Assembly (NCBI GenBank): GCA_016748015.1
Contig: JAAOMT010000009.1
Location: forward strand, 1,675,924-1,739,923
DNA length: 64,000 bases
Direction of reading: 5' to 3'
From: Geosiphon pyriformis uo1
Taxonomy: Eukaryota > Fungi > Glomeromycota
Part shown: positions 12,985 to 25,944 of the stretch, piece by piece
Layout of the letters: each line of letters starts with the position of its first letter
How positions within the stretch are numbered: position 1 is the first letter of the stretch
Notes under the pieces: generated by a model
The model's database searches: none
Seen by the model: only the letters and a program-made list of their open reading frames with translations
What the model was told of the DNA's origin: nothing
Position numbers and translations under genes: made by a program

Positions 12985-15900
12985 CTAAGCACCTATATGA
13001 ACAGAGACTACATCACAAATACCTAAAAAAAACAAACAAGGTTTGCAAAACCCAAAACCAATACCGACAGTATCAGCAATACCCAACAATCTAACCATGC
13101 CAGGAGAAAACACCATAAGAAAACTGGAGACCAGAACAGGAATAGAACTATCACATGGGATCAGCCCATTTTTCTCCATGAAAGTCTGGTGTTTAGTGCA
13201 GACCAGCCAAATATTATTTCAAAAAGACACATAAAACCCACATACAAAATCCATAATATTAGAAGCCACAACCATGAAATCCATAAAAACTGACAATGAT
13301 TCTTGATACCAACCACCAAAAACAAAGCCCTTACACAGAGCTGTACTGACTGCAGCATCTACAATATAAGTAGACAGCAACTAGAAGACACATGAAGAAA
13401 ACTGGACCAAACCAGAATGAGCTTCCCAAGTCAATGCATGAGCAACAAACAACTGAGCATGACCAGCAGCATCAAATGGACAAGAAAAAATATGGTCTGA
13501 GACCTCAATGTCATCACAGAACAAACACACCACACTGACATAGCATCTATCATACAAACACTTCTGCACAGCAACAGGGAGCCAATAATGAAGAGCCTTC
13601 ATAAAGTAAGTCCATAAGCCAACAGTATGTCTACTAGTGAAACCCAAAGCCAAATAAGAGTCTGGGTGCCACACCAAAGAGAACCGCAACCAATCAATAT
13701 TAGCATGCAAACTGACTAGGACAACTTGTAAACCAGAACCAATCTCCCAGTGTGCATGATGGACTGACTAAAAAACATTGCAAACAAAATGCCTAGAATT
13801 ACCAAAAACTGCAACACCACCAGCCTTCAGAAACCTCTCACTGACCAAATGGGGCAGACACCAGACAGAAAGAGTAGCATTTTTAGCAAGCACATTAGCA
13901 TGCTCGTTGCTCAGAATGCCTGAATAACCTTTAACCTTAATCCAATTCACATCTAAATTTTTCCAATGAATGACATTGGCAATGTGGTGACACTCAATTC
14001 AGCAACAATTCCTGAAGTCCAGACCAACTAACAAAGACTCTGACCTACACGCATCCAAAGCTGCCTGGCTGTCTGAGAACAGATCAACCAAGTGAAAAAG
14101 AGGAATACACTCCAGAGCCAGAGCAATAGCCTGCAATTCCATTAAAGTAAAAGAGACCAAACTAAACACACTCACACCCAAACCTGAATTAATGTCTTCA
14201 AAAAAAACAGCAGCACCAGTCTTCATGTCAACAGTACCCAAATTATGCAAAGACCCATCCATATACACAGAAAAACAGTCAGCACTAGCATTTGACAGAT
14301 CATTACAAATGACACCAAAACCAAAAGATTGACAAACATCAGGAGGGTCAAGAAATTTTACATGCGAAGAGCAATTGGAAGAAGAAGTAATGTCATCAAA
14401 AAAATGAACAGACAGGTCAAACCAGAAGGGAACTGGGCCATGAAAGTCCAGTTTCTTCCAATGCTTGAAGGTCTTCCAGGCAAAAACAACACCATTCCAG
14501 TTATGGAGCTGTTCCATAAAGGCAATATCATAATGCTTGAGGAAAGACACACATTTAAAAAAAACCTTCTCACCAAAAACACAGGACATTGGGGTACCAC
14601 TTCGAAAACGAAAAGCATCAGCCAGAGAGCCACCCAAAGATAAATCACACCCAGAAAAATACAAACTGCACCTGCCAAAAAGTTATTCAAAGGGCTAATA
14701 CTAACACAAACTAGAAACAACAAAGGGTGATGAGGATGCCAGCTAAGAACCTGGAGGTCATGAGACTTATGAGAAAACAGATGGCCCAAAACACCAGCAG
14801 AATTCGCAAAAGCAACAACAGATGCCAGTTTGCTTTCAGCCTAAATCTGTTCAAAAGTCTTTAAATTGTACAGAGAAGGATGATGAAGTGCATTATTGGG
14901 AAAGTCGAGTGGAAGCCCAGTTTTAGATTTCAAACCCTTACAGATCAAAGCATCTCATTTATTACACACACTGATTGGAACAAAACTGAATTGAGTCCTG
15001 TAGCCAACAATAGAAAAAAAAACTGAAAACACCAAATAAGCAAACTGCTTATCTGAAATTGCCTTTTTCAAAACAAGATTGACAAAAAACTGAACATCCA
15101 AATGTGCCTTAGCCAAGCTGGGCCTCGAAAGACCTTCAGAAGACAAAAATATGCCCAGATAATGATGAAGTTCCCCCTTCTTGGCAATGGAGATAAGCAA
15201 GCTACTAACAGTTAAAACCAGATCAACAACCCGACAGTTGATAGGAATGGCCACAGTTTTGTCATTGTTAATTGAAATGTTATTAAACCTAATAAATTCA
15301 CTAGCATTGTCAAGAATATATTGAGTAGCAGCCTGGCTGCTACCAACCCAAATTGTATCATCAACAAAAGCACTAGCAGCCAGAAATGAAGTTAGCCCAC
15401 TCTGAGATTCCACACAGCCAGTTTTGGAGACAAAATAAGAAATCAAACAGTAACCACACATACTTTCCTGCCTTCTGACCTCACACAGAAGTGAATCATA
15501 AAATATGTGCCAAAGAAGTGGCAAAAAAACCTCCCCCTGATTCAAACCATTGTGAACATAGTAACCGTTAGTCAACCCAAAATCTGTTATTACTCTATTA
15601 ACATGACCATTATGGATGGAACCAAAGAACTTAATGAACCTATCACACATTTTAATCCTAACCAGACTTCTCCTAAGATGCTCCCAACCAACAGAGTCAT
15701 AAGCTTTCTGCATGTTCTGCAACACCAGCCACAGCTCTCAGTTTTTCTTCAGGACATTTTCAACCACAAAACTGATGGCAAAAATAGGCAACTGAGTAGT
15801 TGTCCCCTTTAAGACAGAGAAATTGTTCCCACAGAGTACATTAAAAGAGCTACAAGCCAAAGAGATCTGGTCTAAAAGAATCTTGTGAGCAGTTTCAATC

Positions 15901-17660
15901 AAAGCAATAGGTTAGGTATTTGTGAGAATGCCCTCCCACTCATGGGGTTTAAGAATCATTGAAACCCAAGCTTCCCTTCAAAGTCCAGATACTAATTCAC
16001 AAATCAAGCAAAAATTTAAGAGCTCTAAAAACATATACAAAACCGACTTGTCACAATGCTTCCAAAGTTCATTAGTGATACCAGAAAGACCAGCTGCTTT
16101 CCCATTGGGCAAATTTGAAACAACACCAGACATTTCCTCAAAACTGATTGAACACATCACATTGGAGAAAATGCCATCAAAAACGTACTCCAAAGGCTGA
16201 AATTGGCACACCCAAATGTCAGAAATATCAGAAACAACCACATGCTTCTGAGTCCAACCTTTTATAATCACATCCACCTTAGACTTAACCAACCCAGGCT
16301 CCAAGACCAGCTTCTCCCCCACAACCAGATGATTCAGCACCACCTTGCAAAAAGAGTGCTCCAAAACACTCTTGATGGTATGATCTTTGTCTACCTCAAA
16401 ACTTTCCATCCTCCTCTTGACAGCTTGTCTTATATGAAATTCTTTAGCACACTTAGATTTCATCAACTTAGAAGAGCAGTAAGACTTTCTTGTCTTAGAC
16501 AGCTTAGAATGAATTGTATCAAAACCAGAGCCAAAAAGAAAAAGAGACTTTACTGATAAAGCACCCACTGAATCAAGCCTGTTTCAAGTATCCAGCAATG
16601 AAGCAAAATCCCCACCAGAAACCAAATAAGAAGATCTTACTAGCTTAGACACAAGTAGCTCAAGTTTATGAAACCTGGAAAACACCTTATTAAAAACACT
16701 ATCAAAACCTTTAAACCACTTTTTTCTAAACGTTCCCTCTGCTGAGAGAACAATAGTCTTGCAAACAGTGTCCCACATTGCATCTAAGTCTGAAAACCAT
16801 TTAGCTGCAACAAACTCATTCAAGAACATAGAAGCATTGTCGGCCGTAGTAACCTTAAAATCGGACTACTTAATCTTATTGGCACTTTTAACATTATACT
16901 TCCAATGATCCTTATTTGTCTGCCTGTGTAATGAATTCAACTGGACATCAAGAAGGCCACCCAAGCCCACAGAAACAGAAATGGCCTTGTGATCAGTGTT
17001 AAAAAATTTCTCAACACCAACCACACCATAATTCACCAAAGCACCAACCAAATCAGAAGAGACAAAAACATAATCAATTGTTTTAGCAACACCATAAAAG
17101 TTGTACCAGGTTGGTGCTTTCACAAAAGGGCTCCTATTCAGAGAGTTGACTAAACCCAAATCAAAACATCTTTTGAAGCTAGCACACTTATGAGAGCCAT
17201 TCTCATTGAAATCACTACCAAGGATGACAAAAAAAGATTTATTCACAGCCATTGCAATCAAGGAATTGACCTCACCAGCTTGGGAGAACCAAGCAGTCAA
17301 AGAGGCACCAGTGTAAAGCCCCAGGACAAAAACTGAAAGTTTGTTTTTAAAGAATAATCTAATGCAAAGGAGGCAACCTGGAACTTCAAAAACTTTACTG
17401 ACATGCTTAGCTAAAGAATTGTCTATAATGACCACAACACCAGTACTAATGTAGCCAGAATTCAATCCAGAAGAGAAAACACAAACACCATCAAATTTGC
17501 TAGCCAGCCAAGGGTGGACTTTATCCTTTAACTTTGTTTCTGTGAGAATGGAAACCAAATTGCCAGAATTCTTGTGCCAACATATAATGTCTTCCTGTTT
17601 CACCAAATTGTTTATACCCCTTATATTACACATGGCGATCCTCCAAACTAAACTGGTCAT
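12985..17660 (-). pseudogene. LINE ORF2: APE endonuclease, RT, RNase H, C-terminal zinc motif (fragmented)
   Basis: NIRGIN, ETKL, SDFN, IDY, TDH (APE). MQKAYDSV, QGE, FVDD (RT). YMDGS, ELQAI, SDSQAA, WIKVKG (RNase H). CLFC..DHIFSC. Confidence 0.92.
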
Positions 17661-19522
17661 TGGGACAAATGAGGTAGAGACAAACCCAAACCAGAACACA
17701 AAAGATCCAATCTCGCCAGGATCGAACTGAACAAAGCTTCCAGACCAGACATTTTGGATTCCAAACCACCCAATTTGGAGATAAGAACCTTTGAATCACT
17801 TGAATTAAGAACAGCAACAGAATCACCACCACCAGAAAAAAAGGGAGTGGACAAGACCAACACATTATCCAGAGCCATATCTGAATTCACAACTGGAGCC
17901 AAATGCACAGAAACAGCCAAAGAAGAAGCACAAGAAGGAGATGCCAATAGCACCAACTCAAAAAAACTCAATTTTCTGAGAATAACAGACACCTGATCAA
18001 AGAGAATTTCCATAGATCATTCCAACACTGTCAGACGATCACCTAAGCCATTGACCTGATGACAAAAAGAACTAAACAATGGAGATGCACCATCAGAAAG
18101 TAACCCAGAGCCAGAAGGGGAGCCACCAGGAGGGGAGACAAAGGACACCACTTGAGCCCATGATTTACCACCAAAGACAGCTGGGTGAGAAATAAGAACA
18201 TTTTTTTTGGCATACAATTTGGCTAGCTGAAGGTGAGATGCACCAAAAGAAGATCTTTTTGTCAAATTGGGAGGCACAGGAGATGATACATCAGAGGCAT
18301 TGCACTTGAGAGCCGAATGTCCAAAATGCCCACATCTACCACACTGAACCAGCTTCAACCTAGCCCACAACAATTGAACACTACCAAAAATCGGTTCAGT
18401 GTGAAAAGCAGACTCCAATATTTCATCAGATTCAAAGCACACCACAGCACAGCAGAACTGATTGCCAGTCTCCAATAATCTATTGATGACACAAGTTTTT
18501 CCTTCAGCCCCATCCAAAAGTGTACCAAGATCATGTACAGTAGTGCCTGAAGGCAAAGTAAACAACAGTGCTCTAAACCAATCTCTAGAAGCCTATGTAT
18601 TATGATCTCCCATGGCCATAACCACATGAACCAAATTTTTCCCAATTAGAAACAACCATCTTAAAGCCAATTGCACAGCCTGGTCTGAATTGGCAAATTC
18701 TACCACAGCTTTTTACCACATACCAACCAACTGGATTTTGATTGACTTAATTATCCCAAACTCAGAAACTGCAGCGATGATCATGTCTTTAGACATATCC
18801 ATAAGAATTTCTTTGATCACCACAGCCCAATCTGAACAAAGCCCTTGTTTTCTCACATTATTGTTTACAATGATCTCTTCTTTTTTGGCCAATGACGCAG
18901 CTTTCCTCATGTTCTCCTCAAAAGTAAATGTTGATCAGATGATCTCTTCAAATTTTGAGGGAGTAGTGGCCCTCCCCAAAACCATTGATTTTTGAAAAAA
19001 TTTTTCTGATCAATTGAGTTTTTGCTGTCACTGATTTGCCTTCAATAGCTGAAAGATTGATATCTAAGGCAAAAGATTTTTTGACAGGCACCTCCACTTG
19101 AGTTTTGATGATAATAGGATCGACCCATTTGCTATTAGAAGAGGCTTTCTTTATTGAAGGAGGAAGAAGTTTCACCTCTTTATCCATGGCAAAGTTGGGA
19201 AACTGAGGGGGGAGCCAAAATCCATGCCAGTACTTAATCTATTTGCTCTTAAAGTATTAACAGCTGAACTCAGAAGAGAGCCATTACCACCACCAGACAT
19301 ATTAATGTCATTCTCATCACTAGATAAGCTTTTCACATCAGAAAAAGCACTATAATTAGAACCAGACTTCAGAGAGATGTCCTGCTCATCGCCAGAATGT
19401 TTAACATTTCCAAGAATGACTTTTTTCTTTTGAGTAAAGGAACCACCAGCAGGACCATGAAAAGCACCTTTAGGCGCCTTTTTCTTTGACATACTGCCAC
19501 TAGAAGCAGCCTCCAAATCCAT
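17657..19522 (-). pseudogene. LINE ORF1, gag-like with CCHC zinc knuckle (fragmented)
   Basis: CGRCGHFGHSALKC, RRM-like segments and a coiled-coil-like C-terminus overlapping the ORF2 start. Confidence 0.85.
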
Positions 19523-20960
19523 GACAAAAGAGTTATTAGTTAAAGAAATGTTGATATAATACTAACAAGAAAAAAACAAAAACTTTTTTTTCAAAAAATA
19601 ACTTGTTGGGGTTTTTGGAGGTAAGAGAGAAAGAAGTTTTTTTTTTTTGTATTTTAAAAAATTGCTTGAATCTAAAAGATATACAAAATTCTCTGTTATA
19701 AAAGTTTCTGGTTAAATTTAATATTGAATAATAAATTATATTAAAAAAAATATAATATTTAAAATACTTATTATATATTTGACTAAATCATAATCTAGAT
19801 TTAGAATTGGTTTTCTAAACTGTAAAAAAAATTTCAATTGTTGAATATTTTAACAACTTATTAGAATATGATATATAATAGCTTATTATAGTAATCAAAA
19901 AATTTATATTAATTGGTATTAATTTAAGAAAATCAAGTTGGAATTAAAAGATCTTTGGCTTTATCTTGATTGGTAAAATTGAAGTTGTTTTAAAGTCCAT
20001 AACTTTGAATAGCTCTTTTTTGTTAATGTTATATATTTTTTAATGGATTTATTTTGATGCAAAAAATATATAAAATGTATTAGTTTAAATAAATAAAACC
20101 CAGATTTTTTTGTAAAAGTCTAATAAACTTCTTACTTATAAAAACTTGGCATTTTTAAAAATGCATAAATTATTATTAAAATACATGGCATTTTTAAAAT
20201 CAATTGCAAATTCTGATCAAATTCATAAATAGATGATATTTTTTTTAAATTTTCTACTAATATAATGTAAAAAAATATGTTAAGTATTAAACAACTAATG
20301 AAAAAAAAGTGTATAGTACTAACTTCAATTATGTTTAAAGATTTTGGTTTTTTAATTACATTATAATATTCTGAATATTTTTTTTTGGATGATAAATCCA
20401 TAAATAATTTGGCATATTATTGACTATTGAATATGAAAATAAGAGGTTATAACTAAGATGTAATACTAAAATTGAAATCTATTTCAAATATTTTTATTTA
20501 CTATTTTTTTAATCAACAATTATTTACAATAAATTTTTTATTAGCTTTGAAGAATCAGCTTTAATTTGAAAATTAGGGTTTTTCAAGTTGGTTATTTAAT
20601 TGTTAATGTTAGACTTTTTTGTCCAAATTCTTTGTTATAAGTCAAAGAGGTTTTTGTGATAACTATTTTTATTGATGTTACTTGAATTTTTGGCTTAAAT
20701 GATTTTTTTGATCCCAATATAATTTTTTTTTTAATGAATACTAAAGGAGCTTTTTTTGATTACTTGTTATTTAGAACTATAAAACAAAAATCAAAGTTTA
20801 AATTGAAACCAAAGAGATTTAAAAAATAAATATATACTTGAATTAAAAATGTCATTTTTATTGTGATACAATTTTGTTGTACAATATTACATGGTTTAAA
20901 TTTTTTAATTCTGTCCAAGCACTAATTACACACTAGATTAACATTGTATTACATAAAAAA

Positions 20961-23090
20961 ATGCCACTTCATTCTAAAAAAAAGAAAAGCTAAAGATTAA
21001 GTTAAAAATACAAAAAAATTATATAAAAAAACACATCATATCACTTTAATAAATGATCATAATATTGAAATAAACAAATTTAATAGATTAAATATTAGTG
21101 ATAAAAAGTAGAGTAATAATAATAACAGTAGATGGAATAATACAAAAAATATGAAAGTCATAATTAAATAAATACAAAATTAAAAAAACTTAGTTTAATA
21201 TGAAAAAACAACAATTATTTAGGAAAAAAAAAGTAAGACCTTTACATAACAAAAAAAATACCAAAATTAACCTATTAGAATAAATATAAACCAAATAATT
21301 TATTCACCAAAACAACAGCCAGAACTAAAAAAATTATCACTTTTTTTAATATTAATAATACTTAAATTATAGACTTACAATAGTCTAAATTTAATAAATC
21401 TTTAAGCAATTTAGAAAGTAAGATTAATCTATATGCTAGTTAAATAAAAAAAGAACAAAAGTTAAAAGAACATTTAAAAAAACAACATGCTTAATTAACT
21501 GTCTTTGAATATAATCAAAAAAGAGCTATTTTTAAATATCTTACCTTGTTAAATGATAATAATAGACATAAAAAATCAATACCAGTTTGAAAATTGCCCA
21601 GAAGGTTTTTATTAATAGTAATGTATAAAAAACACAAAAAATTTAATATATTGCAAAGTATTGGTTGCTTAATAATAAGCTTTCAATATTAAAACATAAA
21701 AAATACCAAAAAATAATTAAAATAATTGATAATAAAGACATTGTAAAAAGATGTTATATTTGGATTAGAAACCAAAACTTCAATACTATTCCAACCACAT
21801 TTAAAAAATTTATTAAGCATGAATTGTTTCCTAATATTAAAATAATAAAGAAAAAAACTATTAGTCTTATAACTGTAATAAAATGGCTTAAAATTTTTTG
21901 TTATTTATTTCAACAATATTATTAAAACTTATATTATAATAGATATAAAGGAAATGACATCTTGTAATCTCGAAAAAAAATTTTAGAAAAAATATATGAA
22001 CATGAAAAATATATGTCAAAGTATAAAAATAAATTTATAGATTGAATATATTCTAACTTACTTAATAAAAAGAAAAAAAGAGTTTTTGTGATCCATGATG
22101 AATGTATTTTTTATTCAAATAATGGCAAGTATAGCATATGAGCTGAATATAGAAATTTGTTATTAAGAAAAAAAAAATAGAAAATCAATTATAATTAGTA
22201 AATTTCCAATTAAAATTGATAAATATTTATGTTTACAACAAAATAATATAAAAAACTATTCTAATATACCAGAAAAAACATAATATTATTTGCAATCTGA
22301 TATAAATCAAAATGGTTATTAGACAGCAGACTATCTTTTTAAACAAATTAAATGTAAAGCAATTCCAATTTTTGAGAAATTATATCTAAATTATATAGTT
22401 ATATTTGCTTTTAATAATAGCTCTAATCATGCAGCATTTAGTAAAGATGCTTTAATTACAAACAAAATAAATTTAAGTCCAAGTAGAAAGCAATCATTAA
22501 TACAAGATACTTTTTTTAAATTAGATAATTAATTATAATTGATGATCTTCCTAAAAACATATTCAGATAAAAAACTTTAAGGATTGCCTAAAGAAATTAA
22601 ACAAGTATTAATAGAATGAGAAAAATAGTTATCAAAAGAATTGGTATTAGAATGCCAAAAATACAAAAAAAAAATCAAAGATTCTTTAAGAGTTTTTTGT
22701 TGTGCATATTGAATAATATTTTTGGAATTCAATTTTTTTGTTCAAAAAAATGCAATTGAAGAATTAATTAAAAATATAAAACATAAATGCATTTTTTTTC
22801 CAAAATTTCATTGCAAATTAAATTTTATTGAAAAATATTAGGAAGTTACTAAAAAATATGCACATAAAAAATATGATTATTCATAAAAAATATTACAAAG
22901 AACAGTATCTAAAAGTCTTGAATCAATATCTTTAATAATTATTAGACAATTTTTAAGAAAATGTTGATGTTATATAAATCTTTATAGAAAAAGTTTTAAT
23001 AGAAAATTAGTAGAATATACTATAAAAAATATAAATTTCATAGAAAAATTCCAAATAATATTTTTGAAGAATTAAACAAATTAAATAATA
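20961..23090 (+). mobile_element. Decayed DDE transposase of the fungal Tc1/IS630-like type
   Basis: IHDECIFYSN, FAF(D>N)NSSNH, GLPK.IKQVL, CCA, CIFFPKFHC.LNFIE and terminal HRKIP motifs across broken frames. TIRs not found. Confidence 0.8.
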
Positions 23091-25944
23091 TTCAAACATT
23101 GTAATACTGTATTTGGTTTTATATTATATAAAATTTAATAAATTTTATTTTTTATTATAAATAATATATTAAAAACATATATATATTAACTAATAAAATT
23201 TAATTATATAAATAAAAACACATAAAAATTATTATTTAAAATTTTAGACTGATTTACATTTTTGATAATTATAAATAGTTTATATTATATTAATAAAATA
23301 TTATTATTATTTAATTAAAAAAATATTAATCTATTCTATATTATTAACACTCTATGTTAATAGAATCTAATACTTAATTACATTAAACCAATAACTCTTA
23401 ATTATGACTATTAATAAAATACTAATTTTTTATTTTTGTTTTTGTTTTTTTTTGTTTTTTTTTGTTTTATTTTTTTGTTGTTTATTAATTGATTAAAAAA
23501 ATTAAGTACCAAGTATTTAATATCAAAAATAGTTTAATAAAAAACCTAAAAACAAGAGTAAAAATTTAAGGATAGCTTACCAAAAGAGCATGAGTACTAG
23601 AATAAACTGGTTACTATGCTGAAAAAAGAAATTTATAGAAGAAATTATCAATTAAATCTTTATTTATTATACAAAAAACTCAACCAAAATCTTCAGAAAT
23701 TATCAACATTTTCAGCTATTAAGCACTAAGTTATGAGTTTGTTATTTGTTCCAACAACCCAAATAATTATCTGTAACATTTAGTGCTTTTTGTAAAGTAT
23801 AATTCAACAAAAAACTATCAATTGAATCTCTGTTTATTATACAAAAAACTCAATTAAAATTTTTAGACTTTAAAATCTTCAGAAATTACCAATATTTTCA
23901 GCTATTGAGCACCAAGTTATGGGTTTGTTATTTGTTTTAACACCCCAAATAATTATTTGTAATATTTGATGCTCTCTGTGAAGTATAATTCAACAAAAAA
24001 CTAGCACTAACATTAATAATTTAGAAAAGTAGCAGAATTAGAAATAATAAGAACAAATCATTTAAAATTTGCCAAATTTTTATTTTAATATTACTAAACT
24101 TATCTTGAACTGACAAGTAATTATTGACCAGCAAAATCAGCTTTCAACTTCTATGTCAATAAAAAAATTAAATTCTACTTGAAAAACCAAGAAAATTTAA
24201 AAACCACTCTTAAAAATTTATACAGTAAATTACTTCAAAGCATTATGTTTTCACAAAATCATTTGTTTGCTTCACTAATTACAGAAATAAATTGTGAAAT
24301 TGAAAATTACATCCAGCAAAAATTTTTTATTATCTTTGCAGACAAAAAATAATTACAAACTTTAGCAAAAACACCAAAAAAAATACAACTACCTACTTAA
24401 AAGAAACCAAAAATTATTTTACTTATTTACTTATCATATTATTATACATTAAAAAATACTATTCACATACCANNNNNNNNNNNNNNNNNNNNTATAAAAA
24501 ATATAAATTTCATAGAAAAATTCCAAATAATATTTTTGAAGAATTAAACAAATTAAATAATATTCAAACATTGTAATACTGTATTTGGTTTTATATTATA
24601 TAAAATTTAATAAATTTTATTTTTTATTATAAATAATATATTAAAAACATATATATATTAACTAATAAAATTTAATTATATAAATAAAAACACATAAAAA
24701 TTATTATTTAAAATTTTAGACTGATTTACATTTTTGATAATTATAAATAGTTTATATTATATTAATAAAATATTATTATTATTTAATTAAAAAAATATTA
24801 ATCTATTCTATATTATTAACACTCTATGTTAATAGAATCTAATACTTAATTACATTAAACCAATAACTCTTAATTATGACTATTAATAAAATACTAATTT
24901 TTTATTTTTGTTTTTGTTTTTTTTTGTTTTTTTTTGTTTTATTTTTTTGTTGTTTATTAATTGATTAAAAAAATTAAGTACCAAGTATTTAATATCAAAA
25001 ATAGTTTAATAAAAAACCTAAAAACAAGAGTAAAAATTTAAGGATAGCTTACCAAAAGAGCATGAGTACTAGAATAAACTGGTTACTATGCTGAAAAAAG
25101 AAATTTATAGAAGAAATTATCAATTAAATCTTTATTTATTATACAAAAAACTCAACCAAAATCTTCAGAAATTATCAACATTTTCAGCTATTAAGCACTA
25201 AGTTATGAGTTTGTTATTTGTTCCAACAACCCAAATAATTATCTGTAACATTTAGTGCTTTTTGTAAAGTATAATTCAACAAAAAACTATCAATTGAATC
25301 TCTGTTTATTATACAAAAAACTCAATTAAAATTTTTAGACTTTAAAATCTTCAGAAATTACCAATATTTTCAGCTATTGAGCACCAAGTTATGGGTTTGT
25401 TATTTGTTTTAACACCCCAAATAATTATTTGTAATATTTGATGCTCTCTGTGAAGTATAATTCAACAAAAAACTAGCACTAACATTAATAATTTAGAAAA
25501 GTAGCAGAATTAGAAATAATAAGAACAAATCATTTAAAATTTGCCAAATTTTTATTTTAATATTACTAAACTTATCTTGAACTGACAAGTAATTATTGAC
25601 CAGCAAAATCAGCTTTCAACTTCTATGTCAATAAAAAAATTAAATTCTACTTGAAAAACCAAGAAAATTTAAAAACCACTCTTAAAAATTTATACAGTAA
25701 ATTACTTCAAAGCATTATGTTTTCACAAAATCATTTGTTTGCTTCACTAATTACAGAAATAAATTGTGAAATTGAAAATTACATCCAGCAAAAATTTTTT
25801 ATTATCTTTGCAGACAAAAAATAATTACAAACTTTAGCAAAAACACCAAAAAAAATACAACTACCTACTTAAAAGAAACCAAAAATTATTTTACTTATTT
25901 ACTTATCATATTATTATACATTAAAAAATACTATTCACATACCA
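23021..25944. other. 1452-bp direct duplication (23021-24472 = 24493-25944) around a 20-N gap; probable assembly overlap
   Basis: The copies look identical by eye although all local repeats are heavily diverged, and both abut the gap. Confidence 0.85.

Larger units (their letters stand above)
12853..19646 (-). mobile_element. Non-LTR retrotransposon (LINE) with ORF1 and APE-RT-RNase H ORF2; near full length, inactive
   Basis: Poly(A) tail (T run 12853-12864). Possible TSD TTGTATTTT at both ends. GC content higher than the flanks. Domain motifs are listed in the two ORF entries. Confidence 0.92.
11050..20480 (-). pseudogene. Decayed intron-containing bromodomain + BAH gene (RSC complex Rsc1/Rsc2- or polybromo-like), split by a LINE
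   Basis: Bromodomain-like LFMDLSSKKKYSEYYNVIKKPKSL...EFDQNLQLI at about 20130-20420. BAH-like FFRSDQ (about 12700), RFYK.VFKT...IVEKYYVMY (12500-12600) and EKFDNNNVYICK (about 12390-12430). C-terminal FVHSITL..ITVIP and LALGVNNIDIWIS (11200-11460). Ends are approximate. Confidence 0.65.

Noticed and set aside
13043-18995. Plus-strand ORFs over the LINE
   Set aside because: Antisense shadows of the LINE coding sequence with no independent motifs.
23021-25944. Recent biological tandem duplication
   Set aside because: Apparently identical copies ending exactly at a 20-N gap indicate an unmerged contig overlap; read depth would confirm.
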